Assembly (NCBI GenBank): GCA_963843975.1
Contig: CAWJMG010000001.1
Span: forward strand, 300,001-332,000
DNA from: an uncultured Actinomycetes bacterium
GTDB lineage: Bacteria > Actinomycetota > Actinomycetes > S36-B12 > CAIYMF01
Direction of reading: 5' to 3'
Length of the DNA: 32,000 nucleotides
Shown: positions 9,279 through 17,527 of the stretch, piece after piece
Position numbering within the stretch: position 1 is the stretch's first letter
How the letters are laid out: the number at the start of each line of letters is the position of its first letter
Notes under the pieces: generated by a model
The model's database searches: none
Seen by the model: the letters and a program-made list of their open reading frames with translations, nothing else
What the model was told of the DNA's origin: nothing
Program-made: the position numbers and the translations under genes

Positions 9279-10881
9279 CCGACGGCACTTCCAGTGAGAG
9301 AAGCACGGTCATGACGTTCGACTGGAGGCTAGCGCGAGCCTCGAATCCCGTAGAAACCGCAGCGCGGAGACGGGTGATCTTCTCCTCGAGGGGCTCTCCA
9401 TCGTCCTCGGCATCTTCAGCCCCGACGTATCGCCCTGGGGTGAGGACATGGTCGTGCGCACGGATGTCTTCGATCTTGACGGAGGCGCAGAAGCCGGGGA
9501 CGTCCTTGTACTCACCAGCCTCGGATTCGCCGCGCCATGCATTGAAGGTGCTGGCGATCTTGGCGATGTCCTCATCGGAGAGTTCGCGCACAGTTCGGGT
9601 GGCCATCGCGCCGAGGTTGCGAGCGTCGATGAACAGGATCTCGCCCTTGCGGTCACGCTGGTTGTGCTCACTCTTGACCTTGCGGTTGGACTTGTCCTTG
9701 GTCAGGAACCAGAGGCAGACGGGGATGCCGGTCGTGTAGAAGAGCTTGTCCGGCAGGGCGACGATGCACTCGACGAGATCGTCTTCGACGAGGTTCTTGC
9801 GGATCTCGCCCTCACCTGAGGTCTTGGAGGACAGGGAGCCGTTAGCGAGGACCGTCGCCATGGTTCCTGTCGGTACCAGGTGGTGGAGCATGTGCTGGAT
9901 CCACGCGAAGTTCGCGTTGCCGGCCGGCGGGGTGCCGTACTTCCAGCGCGGGTCGTCGCGGAGGTGTTCGCCGCCCCAGTCGGAGATGTTGAAGGGCGGG
10001 TTCGCGATCACGAAGTCAGCACGCAGGTCCGGGTGCTGGTCGTTGCCGAACGAGTCGCCCCACTGCGCGCCAAGGTTCGCGTCGATGCCGCGCAGGGCGA
10101 GGTTCATCTTGGCGAGCCGCCACGTGGTGGGGTTCATCTCCTGGCCGAAGACGGAGATGTCGTTGCGGACACCCCCGTGGGCCTTCACGAACTTGTCCGC
10201 CTGCACGAACATGCCGCCCGAGCCACAGGCGGGGTCGTAGACGCGGCCGTTGAACGGTTCGAGCATCTCGACGAGCAACTGCACGACCGAGCGTGGTGTG
10301 TAGAACTCGCCGCCGAGCTTGCCTTCTGCGGAGGCGAACTGGCCAACCATGTACTCGAATACGCGACCGAGAACGTCGAGGCCCTCGTGCTCTGCGGCGG
10401 TGAGGTCTTCGCGGGAAAACGTGTCGATCAGGCCACCGAGGGTGGCAGGCGTGAGCTCGCGGCGGGCGTAGTTCTTCGGGAGGACACCCTTGAGGGAGTC
10501 GTTCTCCTTCTCGATGGCGTCCATTGCCGCATCGATGCGTGAGCCGATGTCGGGCTGCTTGGCGGCCTTGCGGAGGTCCTCCCAGCGGTGACCCTCGGGG
10601 ACCCAGAAGACGCCTTCGGATGTGTACTCGTCGCGAGCCTCGAGGATGGCCTGCTTGGCCGCCTCAGACGGCATGTAGTAGTCGGAGTCGGGGTCGTCGA
10701 CGAGCGTCGCGAGCTGCGTCCGGCGCTGGTTGAAGACGTCCGAGACGTACTTGAGGAAGATCAGCCCGAGCACGACGTGCTTGTACTCGGCAGCGTCCAT
10801 CTGGCTGCGAAGCTTGTCCGCTGCCTGCCACAGGGACGCTTCGAGTCCCTGGCTTTCCTGGTTCTTGCTCCTCGGTGGCAC
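9271..10881 (-). CDS. hsdM: type I R-M N6-adenine DNA methyltransferase subunit (HsdM), 536 aa
   Basis: HsdM N-terminal domain (...[32 protein letters not shown]...). SAM motif ...[12 protein letters not shown]... and catalytic ...VIANPPFN.... GTG start at 10881. Confidence 0.95.
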   Translation of the reverse strand: MPPRSKNQESQGLEASLWQAADKLRSQMDAAEYKHVVLGLIFLKYVSDVFNQRRTQLATLVDDPDSDYYMPSEAAKQAILEARDEYTSEGVFWVPEGHRWEDLRKAAKQPDIGSRIDAAMDAIEKENDSLKGVLPKNYARRELTPATLGGLIDTFSREDLTAAEHEGLDVLGRVFEYMVGQFASAEGKLGGEFYTPRSVVQLLVEMLEPFNGRVYDPACGSGGMFVQADKFVKAHGGVRNDISVFGQEMNPTTWRLAKMNLALRGIDANLGAQWGDSFGNDQHPDLRADFVIANPPFNISDWGGEHLRDDPRWKYGTPPAGNANFAWIQHMLHHLVPTGTMATVLANGSLSSKTSGEGEIRKNLVEDDLVECIVALPDKLFYTTGIPVCLWFLTKDKSNRKVKSEHNQRDRKGEILFIDARNLGAMATRTVRELSDEDIAKIASTFNAWRGESEAGEYKDVPGFCASVKIEDIRAHDHVLTPGRYVGAEDAEDDGEPLEEKITRLRAAVSTGFEARASLQSNVMTVLLSLEVPSDD

Positions 10882-10968
10882 GCTTCCCCCGCTGCTGGAT
10901 CACGCTGGCTCTATCGAACTCAGAGACACCGTACCGACGACATCCCACGACGCACGGCACCTTGTCCT

Positions 10969-11164
10969 GAGGTGCCGGGATCCGTCCCGAGGGGCGCAGC
11001 CCGACGACCAGCCGGCGGCTTCGCCGCAGTGGGGGTCGTGGCGGCGCGGCGGTCCTCCCGATTCCGAGGGACCTCGCCGACCCCTGCCCTTCGAGGAGCC
11101 CAACACAACGACGAGGAGCCCCGGCGCCGTAGCGCAGGGGCTCCTCGAAGTGCAGGGGTGAGTG
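10969..11164. repeat. ssrA-downstream flank module (copy adjacent to ssrA)
   Basis: GAGGTGCCGGGA 10969-10980 repeats ssrA 11165-11176, followed by a degraded T-arm-like stretch. Also contains GGCGGCTTCGCCGC 11014-11027, the 30-mer 11053-11082, the half-arm CGAGGAGCCC 11092-11101, a hairpin at 11112-11147, and GGGGTGAGTG 11155-11164. Paralogous to 663-894 plus 2332-2414. Confidence 0.6.
11112..11147 (-). terminator. hairpin immediately downstream of the ssrA 3' end (putative ssrA terminator)
   Basis: Perfect 11-bp stem CGAGGAGCCCC / GGGGCTCCTCG with a 14-nt loop, starting 16 nt after the tmRNA discriminator base. On the minus strand it is followed by TCGTTGTGTT. Confidence 0.55.
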
Positions 11165-11524
11165 GAGGTGCCGGGAATCGAACCCGGGTCCTTCGTTGGC
11201 GATCAGGGTCTTCTCCGGGCGCAGCCTGCTGTGTTTTTCTCGGCCCCGACAGTCACGCAGGCAAGCTGTCGACGGGCTCAGTCACTGTTTGATGTCCTGC
11301 GTCACCCCGTGACCGGGATGGCAGTAAGTCCCCTAACTGACGCCAGGAACCGGAGCGGGAACGCCCCCGGGCTGACGGACTTCAGGCTCGCTTAGGCAGC
11401 GAGGGCGAAGTCAGTGCGCTGAGAATTGGCACTTGTATTTAGGTGCTGGATCGTTTGCGAGATAACCAGCATCCTCGGCCCGCTTCTCCCATCACGACAG
11501 ACGAAGTCGAAACCGATCACCCCC
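11163..11524 (-). ncRNA. ssrA: tmRNA (SsrA), 362 nt, tag peptide ANSQRTDFALAA
   Basis: Minus strand starts GGGGGTGATCGGTTTCGAC.... It ends ...GGACCCGGGTTCGATTCCCGGCACCTCCA, a tRNA-Ala-like T-arm. The 7-bp acceptor stem includes a G3:U pair. Tag ORF GCC AAT TCT CAG CGC ACT GAC TTC GCC CTC GCT GCC TAA lies at 11430..11392. The terminal CCA is not encoded (CTC follows the discriminator A). smpB is 5.5 kb away. Confidence 0.95.
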
Positions 11525-11668
11525 TGTGCAGTTGTGATCCCAGTGTAGGGGCCAGCTCCGACCGGGCGACATCCCGAATGCCAGCGTCCGCCTGTGGACG
11601 ACACGCCGTACGACGACGCCTGTGGACAACTCCGCTCGAAAGCCGGTGCCGTTGTTGGGCTTTGGGGG

Positions 11669-11699
11669 TTGACGACTGTCGGAGGGTCGTGATTAGATT
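11669..11699 (+). promoter_or_regulatory. candidate promoter of the HNH gene, possibly giving a leaderless mRNA
   Basis: TTGACG (11669-11674), a 19-nt spacer, then TAGATT (11694-11699), ending 5 nt before ATG 11705. No Shine-Dalgarno in between. The spacer is longer than optimal. Confidence 0.3.
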
Positions 11700-11704
11700 C
11701 GTAC

Positions 11705-13087
11705 ATGCGTTCGACTCTGACTGACCTCCCCTTGGAGCAGAAGGCTGCCCGCGCGGTCTCCGCTCTGATGGAGGCCACGGAGCTGGTCGCCGAGGCTGCA
11801 CGTGAGGGGGCGTTCGCCGCGGCCCCTGCGGCCGTTCAGCCGGCCCTGGCCATAGCCGTGCTGCGCTCGGCCGACCAGGCCAAGGCCGCCGCCACCGCGG
11901 CGATCGCCGCGGTCGACTCCTCCGGCTGGTTGCCCGACGGGCAGGTGTCCCTCGCGCGCTGGATCGAGAAGGTCGCTGGCCTGCCCAGCCGGGAGGCCAA
12001 CGGCCTGCTGGGGCATGCCCGCGCCCTGACCGACGACTACTCCGGTCTGCTCGACGCCTGGCTCACCGGCGAGGCGTCGGGCTCGATGGTCAGCACCCTG
12101 CGCCACGGCATCGACAAGGCTCTGCGCCGCGTGCCCCGTGACGATCGCGCAGCCAAGCGCGCCGCCCTGGAGTCGACGTTCCTCGACTACGCCGACCGCA
12201 GCACCGCCGACCGCGTCGCCCAGGCCCTGAAGAACTATCGCGCCAAGGTCGACCCCGACGGCGCCAACCAGGCCGAGATCGACGCGAACGACGAGCAGCA
12301 CATCCGCTTCACCCCCGTGGGGGAAGGCGTCGTCGTCAAGGGGTGGCTGTCCAACGAGACCTACGCCCAGATCCGCACCGCCCTCGAGCAGGTCGTCGAC
12401 GGCTGGTATCGCAACAACGAGCTCCCCGACGAAGACCGCATCGACTGCGACGGCGACACCCGCGCCGCCGACCGCAAGAAGCGCCAGCGCCAGGCCCACC
12501 TGCACGCGTTGGCCCTCGCGCAGATCTGCACCGACGCCCTCGAGTCCGGAAGCCTCGGCACCCACCACGGCCTCCTCCCCCGCATCGCCCTACGTGGCAG
12601 CCTCGACCGCCTCGGCGTCGGACTCGGAGGCGAGATGCTCCTGCCCGGGCACGACACCCCCGCGATGGTCATCCCTGAGGCGTTCCGCCGCTTCCTGTGC
12701 GACGCCGAGATCAGCCCCATCATCACCGCCAACCCGGCCAACGGCCTCCGACCGATCGACCTGGTCCTGCGCGAGGCAAACGAGCCATTCCTCTACGTCG
12801 GCCGCGACTACCGCGTCGTCCCACCTCGCCTGCGCCGGGCCCTGGAGCACCGCGACGGGCACTGCGCCTTCCCCGGCTGCGGTGTGAACGTCCGCCGCTG
12901 CCGCGCCCACCACGTGCAGCACTGGGAGCACGGCGGATTGACCGATCTCGACAACTGCGTGCTCCTCTGCGAAACCCACCACAGATCAGTGCACGAAGGC
13001 GGCTGGACCGTCACAGCGGTCGGCTGCGATGCCCGCCTTCCCGGCTACTGGCAGTTCGACCCGCCACCCGACCGACGCCGGCCCTGA
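11705..13087 (+). CDS. DUF222 domain / HNH endonuclease family protein (actinobacterial 13E12-type), 460 aa
   Basis: C-terminal HNH motif ...DGHCAFPGCGVNVRRCRAHHVQHWEHGGLTDLDNCVLLCETHHRSVHEGGW.... The long Ala-rich helical N-terminal region is typical of DUF222 proteins. Confidence 0.88.
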   Translation: MRSTLTDLPLEQKAARAVSALMEATELVAEAAREGAFAAAPAAVQPALAIAVLRSADQAKAAATAAIAAVDSSGWLPDGQVSLARWIEKVAGLPSREANGLLGHARALTDDYSGLLDAWLTGEASGSMVSTLRHGIDKALRRVPRDDRAAKRAALESTFLDYADRSTADRVAQALKNYRAKVDPDGANQAEIDANDEQHIRFTPVGEGVVVKGWLSNETYAQIRTALEQVVDGWYRNNELPDEDRIDCDGDTRAADRKKRQRQAHLHALALAQICTDALESGSLGTHHGLLPRIALRGSLDRLGVGLGGEMLLPGHDTPAMVIPEAFRRFLCDAEISPIITANPANGLRPIDLVLREANEPFLYVGRDYRVVPPRLRRALEHRDGHCAFPGCGVNVRRCRAHHVQHWEHGGLTDLDNCVLLCETHHRSVHEGGWTVTAVGCDARLPGYWQFDPPPDRRRP

Positions 13088-13154
13088 CCGCATGCACGCG
13101 TCAGGGCGCACCACCCGTCACCAGCCGAGTCGGCTCATAGCTCCTCCACCACAC

Positions 13155-13209
13155 CGCAACGCCGCACAACCGTTGCGCCTCAGGGCGTCCGACGGTGTGC
13201 GGCGTTGCG
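13155..13209. terminator. bidirectional hairpin between the convergent HNH and FGGY kinase genes
   Basis: CGCAACGCCGCACA(A)CCG at 13155-13172 pairs with CGGTGTGCGGCGTTGCG at 13193-13209: 14 perfect bp plus 3 bp after a 1-nt bulge. Located between stop 13087 and stop 13223. Confidence 0.55.
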
Positions 13210-13222
13210 CGCGTTCGGGCGG

Positions 13223-14820
13223 TCAGCCGTTGAGGCGGTGGTACAGGCCCTTCAGCGTCCCGGCCATCTTGCGGTACTCGGCGTACCCAGTCTCGTGCGC
13301 CGGCTCTCCCGACGGTGTGAAGCGCTGGGCCACGGGCACGAGCGCAGGGACGTCGTCGAGGGTCAATTCGCCGAGGCAGATGCGCGCCCACAGCGCGACG
13401 CCGCGCAGCTGCGCGTGCCTCGGGTCGGCCACCTGGTCGACGGGCACGCCGAGCACGTCGGCGTGGATCTGGCACCAGAGGTCGCTCTGCGCTCCCCGCC
13501 GAGGATGCGCACCGACGGCACCTGCCGCTTCAGGAACTTCTGGTACGAGTCGAACAGCCAGCGCGTGTTGTACGCGACGCCCTCGAGCACCGAGCGCACG
13601 AGCATCGCGCGGTCGGTGCGCAGCGACACGTTGAGCCAGCCGGCGCGCAGGTTCTTGTCCTCGAGCGGGCTGCGCTCGCCGTTGAGCCACGGCATGAACA
13701 GCACGCCCTCGCTGCCGGCGGGCGCGGTCGCGGCGAGCGCGAGCAGCTCCTCGTACGAAGGCGACAGCGCCTCGGGCGCCATGCCCTCGCGGCCGATGCC
13801 GCTGCCACCACCGGTGAGGCCGTCGTGCGGCGCGATGATCTGCTCGCGCAGCCACTGCAGCGCGGCACCGCCGGTCTCCTGGTTGTTGCCGACGAGCGGG
13901 AAGTCGGCGTCGAGGCCCGGGATCGTCGCGATCGAGTGCAGCACGTCGGTGCGCTTGAAGGGCACCCGCGCCGAGATCCACGCCGTCGTCGAGATCGCCA
14001 CGTGCGTGTCGTACGGCTTCACCGCGCCCGAGCCGACGATCGCCGCGTGGACGTCGGGGATCCCGCTGATCACGGGAGCGCCTGGGGCCACGCCGATCTC
14101 GGCCGCGACCTCGGCGGTCAGGTGGCCGAGCACCGAGCCGGTCGGGATGAGCTCGGGCAGCTTGGCGTAGTCGCGCTTGGCCCGGGCGACGAGCGAGTCG
14201 ACGTAGCCGATCGGCGCACCCGGGCGGTTGTCGGTGAGCCAGGAGGCCGTCATCGACGCCGGGGTCGCAGCAGCTCGGCCGGTGAAGCGCAGGCCGAGGT
14301 AGTCGACCGGCTCGAGCAGCACCTGCGTGCGGTCGTAGACCTCGCGCATCGTGCGCTGCAGCAGCAGCGAGTGGCCGGTGGGGTCAGCGCCGGACGGCGA
14401 CGGCGCACCACCCGTCGTGCGCACGAACGGCAGCACCTTCTGCGGCGCGTAGCCACCGACGCTCACCGGGCCGCCGACCACCTCGCGCACCAGCGGCCGC
14501 GCACGCGAATCGGCCCAGAGCAGCACCGGGCCCGAGGGCTCGCCGTCCGCACCGACGGGAACAGTCGAGGCCCACTGGCCGGTGATCGCGACGGCGTGCA
14601 GCGCGTCACGGTCGGCCTGCGCCTCCTCGACCACCTCGCGCACGGCCTCGAGCAGCCGCTCCCACCACTCGGACGCGTCCTGCGTCGCCGAGCCGTCGAG
14701 GCCGATGTGCACCGACACCGGGCGCAGCGCCGTACGCCGTACCTCGCCCTCGAGCGAGACGACCGCGACCTTCGGCCCGCCGTTGCCGAGGTCGACCGCG
14801 AGGATCCAGCGCTCCCCCAT
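13223..14820 (-). pseudogene. FGGY-family carbohydrate kinase (xylulokinase-like), frame broken by an apparent -1 nt deletion in a G-run
   Basis: N-terminus MGERWILAVDLGNGGPKVAVV.... The tracked ORF 13363..14820 goes out of frame after ...VRILGG. The conserved continuation GAQSDLWCQIHADVLGVPV...GLYHRLNG* is in the frame of ORF 13223..13981. The junction is the run CCCC at 13494-13497 (GGGG on the coding strand). The span is 1598 nt (3n+2). Confidence 0.85.
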
Positions 14821-14821
14821 G

Positions 14822-16237
14822 TCAGCCCGCCGGCGCCGGCGCGACCTCGTGCATCGCGTCGAGGACGCCGCTCATCACGGTCTGCAGCGTGGCGTTGCCC
14901 TGCGGCGTGCCGCCGAATCCGTACATGGCACCGGACTCCGCAGGCTGGCCCTGGCGCTCGACGGCGTACGCCACGGCGGTCTTGAGCGCGGCGATGTAGC
15001 GCTCGACCGTGCCGTCCTGCGTGTTCGGCCGCGTGATGCAGAAGTGCAGCGCGGGCGGGAGCTGCAGCGAGTTCATGCGCCAACCCTGGGCCTTGAGCGA
15101 GTCGTTGACCAGGTAGATGTCGAGATCGCTGCCCTCGGGTGCCTTGAAAGCGACGAGGAACGTCGGGTCGCCGATCACCTCGAGCTCGGGCACCTCGGCA
15201 CGGATGCCGGCGGTGATGCCGGTCGCCGTCCGCATGATGCCGTCGGCCGCCGCGAGGTAACCGCTCTCGCCCGTGGCGAGGATGGCCGCCCAGGTGGAGG
15301 CGATGATGCCGCCGCTGCGCGAGCCCGCCAGGCCCGGCGAGAGGTAGAGGCCGCCCGGCCAGTCGGGGTAGGTGAAGTACTGGTTCTTGCGCAGGTCGCG
15401 GTCGCGGTAGAGCAGGACGCTCGATCCCTTGAGCGCGTAGCCGTACTTGTGGGTGTCGGCGCTGATGCTCGTGACGCCGGGCACGCGGAAGTCCCACAGC
15501 GGGACGTCGTACCCCAGCTTCTCGACGAACGGCAGCAGCCAGCCGCCGAGGCAGCCGTCGACGTGCATGCCGATGCCGTGGCTCTGCGCGAGCGCCGCGA
15601 TCTGCTCGATCGGGTCGATGAGGCCGTGCGCGTAGTTCGCGGCGCTGCCGACGAGCGCGATCGTCTGGTCGTCGATGAGCGCGGCCATCGCGTCGACGTC
15701 GACGACGTACGCCTCGGTCAGCGGGGCGTGCCGGACCTCGATGCCCATCCAGTGCGCGCCCTTGTCGAGCGCGACGTGCGCGGTGACAGGAATGACGACG
15801 TTGGGTCGGGTGACGCCGCGGGTCTCGCGCGCGTGCTCGCGGTAGGAGTACAGCGCGGTGATGAGGCTCTCGCTGCCGCCGCTGGTGACGACGCCGACGC
15901 CGCTGCCGTGCAGCAGGTCGGAGGTCATCGCGATGATCTCGGCCTCGAACTTCGTGGCGCTCGGGTACATGTCGCGCTGCAGCACGTTGGCGTGGCTGAA
16001 CAGCGAGAAGACCTCGCCGAGGAACGCGTAGTGGTCGTGGTCGCCGCAGTAGAGGCTGCCGCTGACCGTGCCCTTGTCGCCCTGCTCGTCCTCGCGGTGC
16101 GCCATGTCGGCGATCTGCTCGTGGATCTCGGCGCGGTCGACCGGCTCGCTTGGGATCGTGCGGTAGGCCGTCGTCGACTTCCGGTACGGCCAGAAGCCGT
16201 CGAGCATGGCGTCGAGGCCGGGGTCGTTGTCGCTCAC
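14822..16237 (-). CDS. PLP-dependent group II decarboxylase-fold enzyme of the sphingosine-1-phosphate-lyase family, 471 aa
   Basis: PLP-lysine block ...GVTSISADTHKYGYALKGSSVLLYRD... is near-identical to the SPL/Dpl1 signature as I recall it (ISxDTHKYGFAPKGSS). The GTG start (16237) overlaps the tetR stop as GTGA. The stop lies 1 nt before the kinase start. Confidence 0.85.
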   Translation of the reverse strand: MSDNDPGLDAMLDGFWPYRKSTTAYRTIPSEPVDRAEIHEQIADMAHREDEQGDKGTVSGSLYCGDHDHYAFLGEVFSLFSHANVLQRDMYPSATKFEAEIIAMTSDLLHGSGVGVVTSGGSESLITALYSYREHARETRGVTRPNVVIPVTAHVALDKGAHWMGIEVRHAPLTEAYVVDVDAMAALIDDQTIALVGSAANYAHGLIDPIEQIAALAQSHGIGMHVDGCLGGWLLPFVEKLGYDVPLWDFRVPGVTSISADTHKYGYALKGSSVLLYRDRDLRKNQYFTYPDWPGGLYLSPGLAGSRSGGIIASTWAAILATGESGYLAAADGIMRTATGITAGIRAEVPELEVIGDPTFLVAFKAPEGSDLDIYLVNDSLKAQGWRMNSLQLPPALHFCITRPNTQDGTVERYIAALKTAVAYAVERQGQPAESGAMYGFGGTPQGNATLQTVMSGVLDAMHEVAPAPAG

Positions 16238-16899
16238 GCGCTCTCCAGTCGGTTGTGCCGTGCAGCTGTGGGCCGGGTGGCTGTGCTTCGGGTCGCTGTG
16301 CTTCGGGTGGCTGTGCTTCGGGTGAAGCCGTCGAGGATCAGGTCGAGGACGGCGATCGCCTCGTCGGCGGCCTTGCGGCGCTGCTTGGCCGTGGCGACGC
16401 GCGCACCGAGGTCGCGGATCGCGCCGTACAGCGCAGTCGTGACGGCGTCGACGTCGAGGGCCGCGATCTGGCCGGCATCGCGCGCTGCGGCGACGCCGTC
16501 GCGCATGCGGTCGTACGAGCGGCCGAGCACCGAGCCGTGCGGCGTACCTGCGTCGGCCATCACGCGAGGGCCCTCGAGCACGGTGATGCGCGCGAAGTCG
16601 TCACGGGTGCAGAGGCGTAGGAACACGACCGCGCTCTCGCGCAGCGCGGCGAGCGGCGACTCCGACGCCGCGAGCGCATCGACGCGGCGGTGCAGCTCGT
16701 CGTCGACGTCGCGGTAAACGACGGCGAAGAGCTCGTCCTTGCCGTCCGGGAAGTAGTGGTAGAGCGCACCGCGTGCCATGCCCGCGCGGCGCAGGATCTC
16801 GGCGACCGTGGTGCCGTCGTACCCGCTCTCGGTGAAGCACGCGCGCGCAGCGGCGACGAGCGTCGCGCGCGACGCCTCGGCCTGCTCCCGCCGTCCCAT
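16234..16899 (-). CDS. TetR/AcrR family transcriptional regulator with a repeat-encoded C-terminal extension, 221 aa
   Basis: N-terminal HTH ...ATLVAAARACFTESGYDGTTVAEILRRAGMARGALYHYFPDGKDELF.... The C-terminus ...GFT RSTAT RSTAT RSTAT RPTAA RHNRLESA is encoded by the 15-bp tandem repeat. Confidence 0.9.
   Translation of the reverse strand: MGRREQAEASRATLVAAARACFTESGYDGTTVAEILRRAGMARGALYHYFPDGKDELFAVVYRDVDDELHRRVDALAASESPLAALRESAVVFLRLCTRDDFARITVLEGPRVMADAGTPHGSVLGRSYDRMRDGVAAARDAGQIAALDVDAVTTALYGAIRDLGARVATAKQRRKAADEAIAVLDLILDGFTRSTATRSTATRSTATRPTAARHNRLESA
16260..16324. repeat. 15-bp tandem repeat (3 near-perfect units plus degenerate flanking units) inside the 3' end of tetR
   Basis: GGGTGGCTGTGCTTC (16275-16289), GGGTCGCTGTGCTTC (16290-16304), GGGTGGCTGTGCTTC (16305-16319). 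A degenerate unit lies at 16260-16274 and a partial unit starts at 16320. In frame, 5 aa per unit. Confidence 0.9.
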
Positions 16900-16918
16900 G
16901 GGTGCAGACGCTATTTCG

Positions 16919-16937
16919 TTGACCGACGGTCGGTCAA
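16919..16937. promoter_or_regulatory. perfect 9-1-9 palindrome, candidate TetR operator
   Basis: TTGACCGAC g GTCGGTCAA, 20 nt upstream of the tetR ATG (16899-16897), in the 138-nt gap between tetR and the smpB stop. Confidence 0.55.
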
Positions 16938-17037
16938 TGGGAACCGCCGTACGTCGGCGACGCGGCTCGAGTTGTGGACGCCAGAGTGCCCTTGAAGGGC
17001 ACTTCGTGACCCTAAGGGGCGAAAAGCGCCCGCGAGG

Positions 17038-17526
17038 TCAGTCCCTGGTGGTGGTGCGGCCCTTGAGGCGGCGGCCCATCTCGCGCTGGACCTCGCGCTT
17101 GGAGTCGCGCTCGGCGATGCTCTGGCGCTTGTCGTAGTTCTTCTTGCCGGTGGCGAGGGCGATCTCGACCTTGGCGTAGCCGTTCTTGAAGTAGAGCGAC
17201 AGCGGCACGATCGTGCGGCCGCCGTCCTTCACCTTCGCGCCGAGCTTCTCGATCTCGTCCTTGTGCAGCATGAGCTTGCGGACGCGGCGCGGGGCGTGGT
17301 TGGTCCAGGTGCCCTGCGAGTACTCCGGGATGTGGACGTTGTGCAGCCACACCTCGCCGTCGCTCACCATCGCGAAGCCGTCGATGAGCGACGCGCGGCC
17401 GGCGCGCAGCGCCTTCACCTCGGTGCCGGTGAGCACGAGGCCGGCCTCGTACGTCGCCTCGATGTGGTAGTCGTGCCGCGCCTTCTTGTTCTGCGCGACC
17501 ATCTTCGTGCCCGTCTCGCGTGCCAT
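17038..17526 (-). CDS. smpB: SsrA-binding protein SmpB, 162 aa
   Basis: [41 protein letters not shown]...[21 protein letters not shown].... ATG 17526 is chosen; the tracked ORF start 17607 adds 27 non-conserved residues. Confidence 0.95.
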   Translation of the reverse strand: MARETGTKMVAQNKKARHDYHIEATYEAGLVLTGTEVKALRAGRASLIDGFAMVSDGEVWLHNVHIPEYSQGTWTNHAPRRVRKLMLHKDEIEKLGAKVKDGGRTIVPLSLYFKNGYAKVEIALATGKKNYDKRQSIAERDSKREVQREMGRRLKGRTTTRD

Positions 17527-17527
17527 C

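Noticed and set aside
16260-16324. Tandem repeat considered as a possible CRISPR-like or minisatellite array
   Set aside because: The units are contiguous 15-mers without spacers and lie in frame inside tetR, so this is a simple coding tandem repeat, not CRISPR.
14582-16717. 711-aa plus-strand ORF; similar cases are 1079..2227, 13825..14985, 17723..18715, 18812..19867 and 20168..21154
   Set aside because: All are antisense or out-of-frame shadows of well-supported minus-strand genes: the PLP enzyme, transposase, kinase, S41 protease, M23 peptidase and ftsX.
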